Below are positions 1-10,616 of a DNA stretch of 64,000 nt, piece after piece. Position 1 is the stretch's first letter. Every line of letters begins with the position of its first letter. The notes beneath the pieces are model-generated. The model saw nothing but the letters and a program-made list of their open reading frames with translations. It ran no database searches and was not told the origin of the DNA. The position numbers and the translations under genes are program-made. The DNA comes from Myxococcota bacterium (GTDB lineage Bacteria > Myxococcota_A > SURF-8): contig OZ223209.1 in NCBI GenBank assembly GCA_965140415.1, forward strand, positions 3,648,001-3,712,000, given 5' to 3'.

Positions 1-1066
1 CTTCTTTATGGCGATCGGATTGATGGGTGGCGCATTCAAGCTTCTCGGCAGAGATGTCGCCGAATCGCTGATTTCCGTGACCAGTAACCCCTTTACCGGA
101 CTGATGATCGGTATCCTTTCCACCGCACTGGTGCAAAGTTCCTCTGTTACGACGTCCACCGTGGTGGGTCTGGTCAGTGGCGGAGCATTGACAATCGGTG
201 GGGCGGTTCCCATCGTCATGGGAGCCAACATCGGCACTTCGGTCACTAACGCCATTGTTTCACTGGGTCATATCCGCCAAAAGCAAGAATTCGAGCGAGC
301 CTTCGCCGGGGCGGTAATGCACGATTTCTTCAATTGGATGGGAGTGTTTATTCTGCTTCCATTTGAACTACTTACGGGATATTTAGAAAAATCGGGCGTT
401 TTCCTGGCACACCTCTTTTCAGGATCCGATTCACTTTCCTTTACCAGCCCCTTAAAAGCGATTGTCAAGCCGGCGGTAAAGGCCACTGAGCATCTGCTGA
501 TCGACACAATGCAGATCAGCGAACATGCCACCGGCATCATCATGATCGTTCTTTCCTTTATCCTCTTGTTCACTGCCTTGGTTCTGATCGTCAAGAACAT
601 GAAGGCGATGATGATCGAGCGGCTGGAAGTGGCAATCGATAAATTATTCGGGGCCAATCCGATTTTCGCCATTATCGTCGGTATGATTCTAACCGCTCTT
701 GTACAATCCAGTTCCATCACTACTTCGCTGTTGGTTCCGCTGATCGGTGCAGGAGCAATGAGCTTGAACGCGGCCTTCCCAATCACACTGGGAGCAAACG
801 TCGGCACGACCATCACCGCTCTGCTGGCCGCTCTTGCCGGTAATGTCAACGGACTGGCGATTGCCTTCGTTCACCTTGTATTCAACCTTACAGGAATCGC
901 ACTGGTCTATATTTTCAAGCCGCTTCGAGTCGGCATCATGTCTTCCGCCCAGTGGCTTGCCCAAAAGGCGACTAAAGACAAGAAAGTGGCGCTTTACTTC
1001 CTTGTTGGAGTCTTCTACGTGCTTCCACTCGGCATCTTCGGCATTTCACATCTTTTCGAGTGGTAA
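1..1066 (+). CDS. Na+/Pi cotransporter (NptA/SLC34 family), probably 5'-truncated by the window edge
   Basis: Two QSSS signature repeats (LVQSSSVTTS, LVQSSSITTS), each followed by GANIGT/GANVGT; highly hydrophobic. The frame is open to the window start. Confidence 0.92.
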   Translation, partial: FFMAIGLMGGAFKLLGRDVAESLISVTSNPFTGLMIGILSTALVQSSSVTTSTVVGLVSGGALTIGGAVPIVMGANIGTSVTNAIVSLGHIRQKQEFERAFAGAVMHDFFNWMGVFILLPFELLTGYLEKSGVFLAHLFSGSDSLSFTSPLKAIVKPAVKATEHLLIDTMQISEHATGIIMIVLSFILLFTALVLIVKNMKAMMIERLEVAIDKLFGANPIFAIIVGMILTALVQSSSITTSLLVPLIGAGAMSLNAAFPITLGANVGTTITALLAALAGNVNGLAIAFVHLVFNLTGIALVYIFKPLRVGIMSSAQWLAQKATKDKKVALYFLVGVFYVLPLGIFGISHLFEW

Positions 1067-1078
1067 AAGGAGACAGAC

Positions 1079-1789
1079 ATGAAAGTGGACAAAACGATTT
1101 TTGGGAAGAAATTCTGGAGTAAGATCGCGGGTATCTTTACGGAAAAGCCCCTGCCCGACCAGATGTACCAGAACTTCCAGGAAATGATGACGCTCGCGCA
1201 AAGCATGTACATTTCGGTAACCTCGGTGCTGTTAGACCCCGATGTACAGACGCTGGAGCATATCCGCGAGAGCTTCTATTTAACCGACCGTAAAATCAAC
1301 CTGTTGGAAACCATGATTCGTCGCGAAATCCTGGTGCATCTCTCCGTCAGCGGCGGCACCGCGCCCAATACCGCTACCTACCTTACCTTGCTGAACCTGG
1401 TGAAGAACGGCGAGCGCATCGGCGATTACAACAAGAATCTTTTCGAAGTGTTCGAGCACTCGGCCAATGCCATCAGCGGGCAATACCTGGAGAAATTCCG
1501 CATGGTGCGCGATGAGACCGTGCTGCTCTTCAGCGAAGTGCATACCGCCATTTCGACCCTGGACCCGAAAATGGGCATCCGCAGTTGTCAGAGCATTCGT
1601 CCCCTGATCAAGGAATGCGGCATGGTGGTCGATGAAATGCTGATCAAGCCGGAATCCAGCCCGAATCCGGTGGCGGTGGCCCTGCTCTTCCGCTACCAGA
1701 AGCGCATCCTGAATCATCTGGCCAAGGTCGCCATGGCCCAGTTCGCCCCCTTCGACAAGTACGGCGAATGCACCAAAGGTACGGATTAG
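1079..1789 (+). CDS. PhoU-like domain protein
   Basis: Helical protein with D-x-x-I-N...E...R and ERIGDY motifs; AAGGAG RBS; 12 bp downstream of the Na/Pi transporter. Confidence 0.8.
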   Translation: MKVDKTIFGKKFWSKIAGIFTEKPLPDQMYQNFQEMMTLAQSMYISVTSVLLDPDVQTLEHIRESFYLTDRKINLLETMIRREILVHLSVSGGTAPNTATYLTLLNLVKNGERIGDYNKNLFEVFEHSANAISGQYLEKFRMVRDETVLLFSEVHTAISTLDPKMGIRSCQSIRPLIKECGMVVDEMLIKPESSPNPVAVALLFRYQKRILNHLAKVAMAQFAPFDKYGECTKGTD

Positions 1790-1831
1790 TCTTCTGAATC
1801 CTCCGCCCGCGCGGATAACCTCAGCAACGTT

Positions 1832-2548
1832 TTACAGGCGCTTCCGTTCCACCCTTTTCCGCCGCCACAACAGCGGCAGTAAAAACGCAAGGTAAATCAA
1901 GTTGGAAGCTCCGGCGCTGCGGCAGGAATCGTCGTCGCTTTCGCTATCGTCATCATCATTCTGTTCGCCGTTCGTATCGCCGTCAGTTGTTGTGGTGGTA
2001 TCGCCGTCGGTGACACCAACAAACTGACACTGATACACTTCGCAAATAACATCTTCGGTATCCGGTTTTAAATGACAATCTGCATCCGTTCGGCAATCGA
2101 AACAATGGTGGTTGATACATACTCCGGTAACGGCATCACTGCGATTACAATCTTCATCCGTATCACATATGTGGCACATTCCATCCACACATGCAACACC
2201 TTCACTATCGCAAGAATGTTCATGTGGATGTGGGCATGAACGCAAGCACACCCCTTCAATGCAGAACATTCCATAAAGCGTGTCATCCCCATCCATTGCC
2301 ACAGGCTCACCCATGTCTTCCCAGCAATCCTCGTGTTGTTTACACAGCACACATTTTTCATAATAATCGCCACAAAAATCAGCATCCTGGCAACAGTATA
2401 CATTGGGAATAGTCAGATCACTTCGTTGTGGACAATCATTATCCGTTGTACAGGGGTCACCGATCGGGTCGGCGGTTGAGGCAAAGGATAGACAAGGAAA
2501 AACAAACAGAACGAATAAAGCCAATGCAAAACAGGCTTTCGTTTTCAT
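1832..2548 (-). CDS. Secreted Cys-rich protein with a MYXO-CTERM-like C-terminal sorting signal
   Basis: Signal peptide, repeated C-x-x-D-x-D-C units, TDGD/Asp-rich linker, then SCRSAG + hydrophobic helix + RRKR tail; AGGAGG RBS. Confidence 0.75.
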   Translation of the reverse strand: MKTKACFALALFVLFVFPCLSFASTADPIGDPCTTDNDCPQRSDLTIPNVYCCQDADFCGDYYEKCVLCKQHEDCWEDMGEPVAMDGDDTLYGMFCIEGVCLRSCPHPHEHSCDSEGVACVDGMCHICDTDEDCNRSDAVTGVCINHHCFDCRTDADCHLKPDTEDVICEVYQCQFVGVTDGDTTTTTDGDTNGEQNDDDDSESDDDSCRSAGASNLIYLAFLLPLLWRRKRVERKRL

Positions 2549-2599
2549 GAGAACCTCCTGGAAAAACCGAATCGGCTCAAAACCATCCGATACCAGTTA

Positions 2600-4117
2600 T
2601 TAATCGTCACCGCACTCTCCCCATAGGCAACCCGTGACATAAGAAATAAACACCTTTAAATGTGCAGAATTGTCAGGATCGAGCCATGCCTTTTGGATTT
2701 CCGCCGTACAACACTCCGTGGAAAACGTAGGAAAATTATTTTCCAGGGCGATAACATCACCAGAATTGAAATCGGCACGAAAAACGGTCGTGCTGGAGAT
2801 AAAATAAAGAACGTCTTCCGAGAAAAGGACATCATCAATTTTATAAACAAAAGCACCAGGGTATTTGTATACTTCTCCAGATTCATAATTTTCTACGAAT
2901 ACGGCATAATCTATCGTGTTGGCGAGTGCTAACAGTGGGAAACGGTCGGACAAGAAGACCGCAATAACTCCTTGGGACACCCAGTCACTCATGTAATCCG
3001 GTTCGTATTTGGACCAAACCATCGTATCGTAAGGAGCTTTTACCAGACCGGAAAAAATCAAAGAGTTCGAGTCGCCTTTGCATTGTAAATTAGCAACCAT
3101 AAGGGTTGAGTTGGCATCCCAACGATGTCCATTAATTTCTATCTTTTTACAGCCACCAAATTCCCCGGTTCCATAAACGAAACCGTTGGCAGTTCTACGT
3201 GACGGAAACCAGCTTTCACCTGCATCCTCGCTCTTTAGTAAGCCCAATGTGGAGTGTTTTCCAACAATCCGGCTCCCAGTACCGTCAATAGTCGCTAGGG
3301 GATAGATCGCTTCAAGCTCATTACTATCAACAATTACTGTTGGCAGTTCTTCCCAGGACTCTCCTAAATTTGTTGATCGATAGTATCCATGCTCACTTTC
3401 GTTGTTTCGCCAATACGTGAAAAGTACAGAATCTTCTTCTCCTACATAACTGGCACCAATCGTTCTTACGTTTTGCTTGGGATAAGTAAGTGGTATAAAT
3501 TGCTGATCAATTCCATTGGCAGGTGGCATAATGAATGCCTCCTTGTTGATCGTTCCATCGTTAATATACTTTGTACAAAACAGCCTGTAATTCTCAAATC
3601 CGAGAAGTTCAAGACTTTCACAGTCCATTGTTTCCATCCAGGCAGCGACCCTATTCCAACTGCATCCTCCATCAAAACTTTCAAAAACGAAACTCTGTGG
3701 TTCACTTTCCTGGCTGGGCATACATATATGATCATGACATTCAAGATCGACTCCCAGATCGCTAGGACAATCTCCTACACAACCCGTTTGACATTCACCG
3801 GCCCAATCGGATTTGGCCATACATAATTTGTAATCCTCATTAAATATCCAGCCATCACGGCATTGGTGAGCACATTGAATTATTTCTGAATTTTCTACGG
3901 ACTCATCTCTATCTCTTTCCAGATCATTATCAGAATCCGAATCGCCATCCACACTTATATCACGGTCAGCATCTGTAAAAGTGTACACATCAACATCCCC
4001 TGCGTCAGCAAGGTTCGACTGTTCCTCGCCTGTTGAACAGTTGCACAGGGCAAGCGCCAATACGAAAAATAATAGAATTTTCGGATCCAGCCTAAACAAC
4101 ACCATCCCCAACTCCAT
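2600..4117 (-). CDS. Putative lipoprotein with Asp-box (BNR) beta-propeller
   Basis: Lipobox-like LALCNC, acidic DGD linker, Cys-rich segment, Asp-boxes RSTNLGESW and KSEDAGESW. Start uncertain. Confidence 0.65.
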   Translation of the reverse strand: MELGMVLFRLDPKILLFFVLALALCNCSTGEEQSNLADAGDVDVYTFTDADRDISVDGDSDSDNDLERDRDESVENSEIIQCAHQCRDGWIFNEDYKLCMAKSDWAGECQTGCVGDCPSDLGVDLECHDHICMPSQESEPQSFVFESFDGGCSWNRVAAWMETMDCESLELLGFENYRLFCTKYINDGTINKEAFIMPPANGIDQQFIPLTYPKQNVRTIGASYVGEEDSVLFTYWRNNESEHGYYRSTNLGESWEELPTVIVDSNELEAIYPLATIDGTGSRIVGKHSTLGLLKSEDAGESWFPSRRTANGFVYGTGEFGGCKKIEINGHRWDANSTLMVANLQCKGDSNSLIFSGLVKAPYDTMVWSKYEPDYMSDWVSQGVIAVFLSDRFPLLALANTIDYAVFVENYESGEVYKYPGAFVYKIDDVLFSEDVLYFISSTTVFRADFNSGDVIALENNFPTFSTECCTAEIQKAWLDPDNSAHLKVFISYVTGCLWGECGDD

Positions 4118-4287
4118 CTTTTTGGAATTCGATTACCTTGGCGAGACCCGTATCGCGAGATAGGCATTTGCCATATCAGCAAATGTAACGATGCTTTATC
4201 ATGCACACAATGTGTTTACATTGTCAATCACTTTATAATCAATTTTATCCCCAGGACATATTCTGTCACACCGAGAAGTCATCGGTT

Positions 4288-6420
4288 TCACGGCACTGAC
4301 AAACCGGGATAATAGAGATCGTCGATCACGAAATTGGGGTCGTTGTGAGTTTCGATCAGAATCATGTGCATCGGCTGATCCGGCGAAACATCCACCCAGC
4401 CGGTATCGTTTATCCAGGCATCGTACACTTTGTTCAGATTCAGATCGCTCCAAACCACACCGTTGAGATCGTAGGCGCGCACGCGCAAGCCCTGGTTGTC
4501 GTGCGTTTCACCGGAGTAAAACCCGGCGTACCAGGTTACAGCAGGAACCGTGGAGCTAATTGAAGCATCTTGAGGCGTTATGAAGCTTACCAGAATATCG
4601 CCGGTCCAGCGTTGCCCGTTGCTCGTAAGCGTACTGCACGCATTGTTGCCGCTCCAACTTTCAAGCTCCCAACTCGCATCGGTCGCCACAATGGCATTAG
4701 CCATGGGGGTATCGAAACGAACGCCATAGGGAGAATACAACGCTTCCACATTGACGGCATTTCCCAAACTCTGCCCAGCGGGACCGTGATCGAAATCGAT
4801 GACCGCCTCACAATAGAACGGCTCGGAGTAGGAATCGATACAAGCCTGCCCCATCGGACAATCGGCCTTTTCACAGCAATATACCGGCGGATCGACCACG
4901 CGGCAAGCACCATCCACACAATCCATTCCCTGGTTGCAATCGCAGGTAATCGTACAACTATCACCTTCATGCCCTTCACAGGCCAGCGAGTCAATGCCAT
5001 CCATATCGCCATAGCTGATTTGGGGACCACCCGAATCATTCAGAATCGCACTGACCTCACCGTTCTCATAACGGATGCAGGCGATGTTCCAATAGGAGTT
5101 GCGGTCGTCCAAGCCGGCATTGAATGTCTGCATGACTTGACCGTTAAAGATCACCCGTACTTCCACATCCGTTCCATATGGCCAGTAATCTTTTCGGGCA
5201 TAATGGATCAGCACACGATAGTAGCTTTCCGTAGGATAGCCAATGTGGACGGTTTCAGGCGTACTGTTGCGCCAGTTCAAGCCACCGCCGCTGTCACGGT
5301 CGTCGCCAAACTGTGGATCGTCTGCGCCTTCACCGATAACTCCCCAGTCGGGATTTGCATTGTTGTAGTAGCAATCATTGGGATCGACAGTTTGCCCTCC
5401 CAGAACACCACCTTCGCGCAGTACGTGCAGATCCAGATCCGCCCACAATAGCGACCAGCGCAACTCGACACGCAACCCGGTATCCGCATCATCACAGACG
5501 CCCCCCTCATCTGTATTGCCGTCGCAATTGTCATCCATCATGTTGCAAACTTCTGAAACATTACAAGAGCCGGGATCACAGACGCACTCTCCGTTTTGCG
5601 GGTCGCAACTGTAGCATTCCGAGCAAACAACCGGCTCTCCCGGTTCACACTGACCCTGACTACAAAGCTCTTCTCCGTTGCACAGATCGCCATCATTACA
5701 ATTGCCACCATCATCGTTGACTGCTACGCAAGCCAAGCTTGCCGAATCGCATTGGTGATGGGTGCAGGGATTATCGTCCTGGCTGCACACACCTGCGGGT
5801 TCGAACTCGTTGTAGCAACGACCATCATCCGGATTACAGCGGGCAAAGGTACATGGATTGTCGTCTTGAGCGCAATCAACATTCTCACAAAGGTTCGTCT
5901 CCTGATCTCCATCTATCGGCAGATCCCCATCAACGGGCCAATCTCCGTCGATGGGCAGGTCGCCATCACCGTTCAAATCACCATCAATCGGCAGATCGCC
6001 GTCTGAAGGAAGATCGCCGTCAATCGGTAATTCGCTGTCCACCAAGTCGCCATTGGCGGGAACATCTCCGTCTATCGGCAGGTCTCCATCTCCTTGAACG
6101 AACTGATCTCCATCCATTTTCTCGTCATCACCATCGGGAAGGATCGGATGGTCCTTATCTCCATCCGGCAGAATCACAGGAGCATCACCGTCAGTCAACG
6201 GCAGATCGCCGTCCGTCAGTTTTCCATCGATATCGACATCGCCATCCACATCAGCCGTCCCCACCACACAAATCCCTTGTTCGCAAACGAAGCCATTACT
6301 ACAGTCGGCATCTGTATTACAGCTATCGAAAAACGAAGTTACCGATGATTCACAACCCAACAGCCCCATGCTGATTGCAATTGAAATGAAAACAACAATA
6401 CGACAGGAATTGGATAGCAT
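4288..6420 (-). CDS. Large Cys-rich lipoprotein: DGD-repeat linker, MopE-like metal-binding motif, YfaP/DUF2135-like domain
   Basis: Lipobox LLGC; LPIDGD-type repeats; EVCNMMDDNCDGNTDEG motif; LRVELRW...ADLDLHV...PE domain; AAGGAG RBS. Confidence 0.75.
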   Translation of the reverse strand: MLSNSCRIVVFISIAISMGLLGCESSVTSFFDSCNTDADCSNGFVCEQGICVVGTADVDGDVDIDGKLTDGDLPLTDGDAPVILPDGDKDHPILPDGDDEKMDGDQFVQGDGDLPIDGDVPANGDLVDSELPIDGDLPSDGDLPIDGDLNGDGDLPIDGDWPVDGDLPIDGDQETNLCENVDCAQDDNPCTFARCNPDDGRCYNEFEPAGVCSQDDNPCTHHQCDSASLACVAVNDDGGNCNDGDLCNGEELCSQGQCEPGEPVVCSECYSCDPQNGECVCDPGSCNVSEVCNMMDDNCDGNTDEGGVCDDADTGLRVELRWSLLWADLDLHVLREGGVLGGQTVDPNDCYYNNANPDWGVIGEGADDPQFGDDRDSGGGLNWRNSTPETVHIGYPTESYYRVLIHYARKDYWPYGTDVEVRVIFNGQVMQTFNAGLDDRNSYWNIACIRYENGEVSAILNDSGGPQISYGDMDGIDSLACEGHEGDSCTITCDCNQGMDCVDGACRVVDPPVYCCEKADCPMGQACIDSYSEPFYCEAVIDFDHGPAGQSLGNAVNVEALYSPYGVRFDTPMANAIVATDASWELESWSGNNACSTLTSNGQRWTGDILVSFITPQDASISSTVPAVTWYAGFYSGETHDNQGLRVRAYDLNGVVWSDLNLNKVYDAWINDTGWVDVSPDQPMHMILIETHNDPNFVIDDLYYPGLSVP
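5900..6255 (-). repeat. Degenerate 18-nt tandem repeat encoding (L/V)P(I/S/V)DGD hexapeptides
   Basis: Translation reads ...LPIDGDLPSDGDLPIDGDLNGDGDLPIDGDWPVDGDLPIDGD. Boundaries approximate. Confidence 0.85.
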
Positions 6421-6690
6421 GTTTTACTCCTTAACGTGACGTGGCGAGAGAACAGAATAATTGTACCACTGAACATGAGAAACGCCAGCGTTTCCTATAA
6501 TTTCCAACGATCATTTGTTCCAGAAATCGTTTTACAAGAATAAGCGCACACCTCATCCCCCGCTAAAAAAACTATAAAGAAGATTTCTCATTGATATCAT
6601 TCAAATTATCGGACATAATTTTGTCCATGAAACACTCCAAAAGTCTGTATGTTTTATGGAGATTCGATTGAATTGTTGAAAGGATCGAAG

Positions 6691-8070
6691 ATGCAACGTC
6701 CATCTCTTCTGCTTGCAATACTCATTTTGACCCTGGTTTGTTTTGCCTGCGAAAGTTCCAATACCAGCCTTATTACAGCACCAGATGGAGATTCCTTTCC
6801 TTCGGATCAGGATGAAACGGGCGATTTAGACCAAGAATCAACCACACCACCGGATGGAGATTCGCTTCCGGATGGAGACATGATTGAAGGGGATGTTCAC
6901 ATTGACGGTGACTCATCACCAGATGGAGATATGCTGATTGACGGAGATCTGCCTATCGATGGCGATATTCCCGGTGATGGAGATTCCCTATCCGATGGCG
7001 ACATCATACCAGATGGGGATTGGACTTCTGATGGAGACATCCTACCGGATGGAGATTGGGTTGCAGATGGTGATGACGAGTTGGAAATCGAGCAAGATCT
7101 GACCGATGGTGACATCCCGGAGAACACGGAGCAAGAATCGGACAGCGACATATTCCTGCTCACCGATCCAGGTATGACGGGAACGTCAGAGTGGTCAACA
7201 GGTTCCTACGACCTGGAATTAAGCGGAGGCCTATTTGGTACGACAATACCGTTATATCTGTATGTTCCAGATGAAAACGGTCCATTGCCGGTTATCGTTT
7301 TCACGCATGGTTTCCAGTTGACTCCAAGCCATTACACTCAGTACGCCGAACACCTTGCATCCTGGGGCTTCATCGTCGTTATGCCGCAAATGCCGGGAAG
7401 CCTGGTCGCTCCGAAAACTCACCGTGAATTGAAAGAATATCTACAGGCAATCCTAGATTGGATCGAACAGGACAACATGAGTCCAACCGGTAAATTGGCA
7501 GGTAAAGCCGACCTAACGCGCATTGGACTGAGTGGTCATTCTATGGGAGGGAAAATTTCGTTATTGACCAGCGCGGAAGATCCACGCCCGGCAGCTTCTT
7601 TCGTAATTGATCCGGTCGATGCAGCCGGTTCGCCATTCGCGTCGAATCCAGTGGACTATCCTTCAGTTACCCCGGAACTGATGCCACAGATTTCCATTCC
7701 TTTAGGACTATTGGGAGAAACCTTAAACGGCACATGCACCGGCTTCGGTTGCCAGCCCTGCGCCCCGGCTGAAGACAATTTCCAGCAGTATTATCAATAC
7801 GCGGTTTCCCCTGCCATCGAAATCGAGGTATTGGGTGCAAGCCACATGTCCTTTTTGGATAATCCCAACTGTGGCTTCGTCTGCTCTGTCTGTCCGGCAG
7901 GCACGGACAATACCGACACCACACACTACCTGACGCGCAAATACATGACCGCCTTCTACCTGGTTGAATTAAGGCAACAACAAGCTTATTCCGTGTACTT
8001 GACCGGCGATTATATGGCTATCGACGAAACAGCCCAGTTGGTTGCAAGCCAAACGAAGAATGGCTTCTAA
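6691..8070 (+). CDS. Lipoprotein with DGD linker and chlorophyllase/cutinase-like alpha/beta hydrolase
   Basis: Lipobox CFAC; HGF oxyanion motif; nucleophile elbow GHSMGG; IDPVD; ASHMSFLD. Start set at ATG 6691 after AAGGA. Confidence 0.85.
   Translation: MQRPSLLLAILILTLVCFACESSNTSLITAPDGDSFPSDQDETGDLDQESTTPPDGDSLPDGDMIEGDVHIDGDSSPDGDMLIDGDLPIDGDIPGDGDSLSDGDIIPDGDWTSDGDILPDGDWVADGDDELEIEQDLTDGDIPENTEQESDSDIFLLTDPGMTGTSEWSTGSYDLELSGGLFGTTIPLYLYVPDENGPLPVIVFTHGFQLTPSHYTQYAEHLASWGFIVVMPQMPGSLVAPKTHRELKEYLQAILDWIEQDNMSPTGKLAGKADLTRIGLSGHSMGGKISLLTSAEDPRPAASFVIDPVDAAGSPFASNPVDYPSVTPELMPQISIPLGLLGETLNGTCTGFGCQPCAPAEDNFQQYYQYAVSPAIEIEVLGASHMSFLDNPNCGFVCSVCPAGTDNTDTTHYLTRKYMTAFYLVELRQQQAYSVYLTGDYMAIDETAQLVASQTKNGF
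6780..7120 (+). repeat. Degenerate 18-nt tandem repeat encoding x-x-x-DGD hexapeptides
   Basis: PDGDSLPDGDMIEGDVHIDGDSSPDGDMLIDGDLPIDGDIPGDGDSLSDGDIIPDGD... Boundaries approximate. Confidence 0.85.
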
Positions 8071-8246
8071 TGCTTTCCTATTTTTATGATAGGTTTACTT
8101 GCCACCCATTCTAAGATGGGATATTCATTTAAGATCTTGAGCTAGGAAAGCATCCGAGTCAAACGGATCTTTCTTGCTAGTATGTCATTCCGATCAGAAC
8201 GTCAGTAACTCCTAAAGATGGCAAGGAGTAGATTAAGGAACAACAC

Positions 8247-8783
8247 ATGTCGATAATCAGTTTCGGTGAATACAACGAAGAATTAGGCTACAAAGTACTT
8301 GATGAGCGGGTGATGCGTGGCAGCGCCGGAATCATGTTGTTACTAGGCGCTATTGCTTCCATCAATGGGTTCATTTTAAAGAATTACTTTGTCATTCCAT
8401 ACTTCACAGGCTTTCTTGCATTGAATTTCCTTGTTGGAATCTTTATCAATCCTAAGTTTTCACCAACAGTGGTAATCGCAAAGTTGTTGGTCAGAAAGCA
8501 AAGTCCTTTACCTATCGGTGCGGTTCAAAAAAGGTTCGCCTGGAGCCTTGGACTGGGGCTGTCACTAGCGATTTTTTCCATGTCCTTCCCATTGTTAACC
8601 GATTCAACCTGGTTCGAACCGGTTTGCATGTTATGCCTGATTTGTCTCCTCTTTCTTTATCTTGAAAGCGCTTTCGGCATCTGCGTTGGTTGTCAGTTGT
8701 ATTTTCTGGCTATACGTTTAAAGCTGATTCAAGCGCCCACAGTCACTCCGAATTGCATGGGCAATTCCTGTGAAGTGGATTGA
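8247..8783 (+). CDS. DUF4395-family membrane protein
   Basis: DERVMR at the N-terminus, QKRFAW, LESAFGICVGC motif, four TM helices. Confidence 0.8.
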   Translation: MSIISFGEYNEELGYKVLDERVMRGSAGIMLLLGAIASINGFILKNYFVIPYFTGFLALNFLVGIFINPKFSPTVVIAKLLVRKQSPLPIGAVQKRFAWSLGLGLSLAIFSMSFPLLTDSTWFEPVCMLCLICLLFLYLESAFGICVGCQLYFLAIRLKLIQAPTVTPNCMGNSCEVD

Positions 8784-8984
8784 ACAAAAAGTGCTGTTCT
8801 TTCTAAATCAATGGAAGCGACTCGACGAAAAAACAACGCCGATTAATAGCAACCTATGCGATGGAATTTTGTATAGGAAAATCAAGCCACACACAAAGTA
8901 ACTCGCGACAAGACAGACCAATCCCAATCTGCGCGCAGAAACCAGAATAATTCTATTGATCAAGGAATTCTAAAATATCTGTCT

Positions 8985-9590
8985 TTACGTGCGGCGTCGC
9001 CGAATGGATAGCCAGATCAGAAGCAAGCCACCAATGATAATGGCCCCCAGTTGCTCCCAGGAACTCTGCAACGCGATTCCCGAGCAACCAGAGCCACCTT
9101 CGATGTAAGCGGTAGGATCCGCCTGGCAACACCCTTTCATACAAAGTTGGGTATCTGTGCAGTCATTGTCTAGCAGACAGGCGATGCAGCACTCGTTGCC
9201 AACACAAGCTTCTTCCGGCTTGCAATCGATATCCAGGACGCACATTTCGCGGATGCACTCGCTCGCGGAACTGCAAATGAAATCGGCGTACTGGCAATCT
9301 GCATTGTTGTTGCAGCTTTCCGGAACACAAAAGTCTTCCCCACCGACACCGCTTTCCTTGCGACAAAACTGCCCCTGTTCGCAATCCTCAAAGGATTGAC
9401 ACAAGGTTCTTGTTATTGTGCCGGCTTCTGCCTCATTATCATCACCGTCAACCGAAACCGCATCCATTTCAGCATCCAACACATCTTCAGCATCCAACAC
9501 ATCTGCGTCTTGAGCCAGTGCCATATTCGGTAACGTGAGTATCATCCAACAACTGATCACCGTGAAAAAGGCTACTTCAACTTGCCTCAT
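8985..9590 (-). CDS. Secreted Cys-rich protein with MYXO-CTERM-like tail
   Basis: Signal peptide ending ALA-Q; DVLDAE tandem duplication; four C-x-x-x-x-D-C modules; GGSGCSG + TM helix + RRRR. Confidence 0.75.
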   Translation of the reverse strand: MRQVEVAFFTVISCWMILTLPNMALAQDADVLDAEDVLDAEMDAVSVDGDDNEAEAGTITRTLCQSFEDCEQGQFCRKESGVGGEDFCVPESCNNNADCQYADFICSSASECIREMCVLDIDCKPEEACVGNECCIACLLDNDCTDTQLCMKGCCQADPTAYIEGGSGCSGIALQSSWEQLGAIIIGGLLLIWLSIRRRRT

Positions 9591-9888
9591 TCTGAATTAC
9601 TCCTGAAATTTACGTAAGGGACAAAACGATGGCCAACCATACCCGAGGTTCAAGCAGGATGTCAAGCGCTTTAGTGACAACGGTTTGGCATGACTAACAT
9701 TCAGCAACATTATACATCAAGGCAATAACAATATCTCACCATTTTTGCTTTGATGGCAAGTTGCATCTGTTCTCACAAGGTCTCATCGCTATCCCCGTAC
9801 AAGTCCGTGGTATTCTTCAAGGACCGTATAAATGCAGCAGCAATAGCCCAGCCACTGAATCCCTGCATGCGTTCTGTCACGGCCTTCA

Positions 9889-10581
9889 TCAGGCTTCTTC
9901 CTGTACAACAGGTGAGTCTTTATGCCATATCACAGACCAGGAGCGGGACTCCGCAACACGCTGGAGAATCGGAGTCGGCTCTACCGCCACGGGATGCCCG
10001 ACCCGTTCCAAAATCGACAGATCGGAATGATGATCACCATACGCATAACTTGCAGACAAATCCAAACCCTCTTGCTTCGCGAGCTCAAGGGCGTAATCTC
10101 CTTTGTGGACACCGATGCAGGGAGGCCCCTGACTGCGCCCCGTTAACAGACCGTCTGAACCCATTTCCAATTCCGTGCATAACAGGTGATCAAACGCTAG
10201 ATCATTCATGACGGGAAGAAGGATATATCGCGGCGAAGCAGACAGAATCACCAGTCGATGTCCCTGCTCTCTGTGCCACTCTACCTTTTGCATGACCGGT
10301 GGAGAAAGCATCGGCTGAATAAGCAATTTGTAATAAGAATCGATGTTAGCTTCGAATTCGGACAACGGGCGATTGCGGTAAACCTGTAGCACAACCTCCG
10401 CCATACGGTCGGAAGAAATCAAGTTGTGCTTAAAGAGCTTGTTCAACAAACCTGTTTTCAATAGGAAAGGAACAGAGATCTCACCACGAGCCCACAAAAA
10501 TTTCAGGCCAACCTCTGCACCGTCCTTTATCAATAATGTATTATCGAAATCGAAAAAGGCGGCGATGTTGCTTGCCCCCAT
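9889..10581 (-). CDS. HAD-superfamily subfamily IB hydrolase
   Basis: Motif I FFDFDNTL, motif II ILSAS, conserved Lys, motif IV YGDHHSD. Confidence 0.9.
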   Translation of the reverse strand: MGASNIAAFFDFDNTLLIKDGAEVGLKFLWARGEISVPFLLKTGLLNKLFKHNLISSDRMAEVVLQVYRNRPLSEFEANIDSYYKLLIQPMLSPPVMQKVEWHREQGHRLVILSASPRYILLPVMNDLAFDHLLCTELEMGSDGLLTGRSQGPPCIGVHKGDYALELAKQEGLDLSASYAYGDHHSDLSILERVGHPVAVEPTPILQRVAESRSWSVIWHKDSPVVQEEA

Positions 10582-10616
10582 AAATACCTCCGATTGGCTG
10601 TCGGGATTCTGTCAAA

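Noticed and set aside
4570-6374. Several long plus-strand ORFs (293, 211, 136 aa)
   Set aside because: Antisense to the 710-aa lipoprotein; explained by codon bias and repeats.
5900-7120. DGD repeats as a possible CRISPR array
   Set aside because: 18-nt degenerate in-frame units with no spacers; no cas genes.
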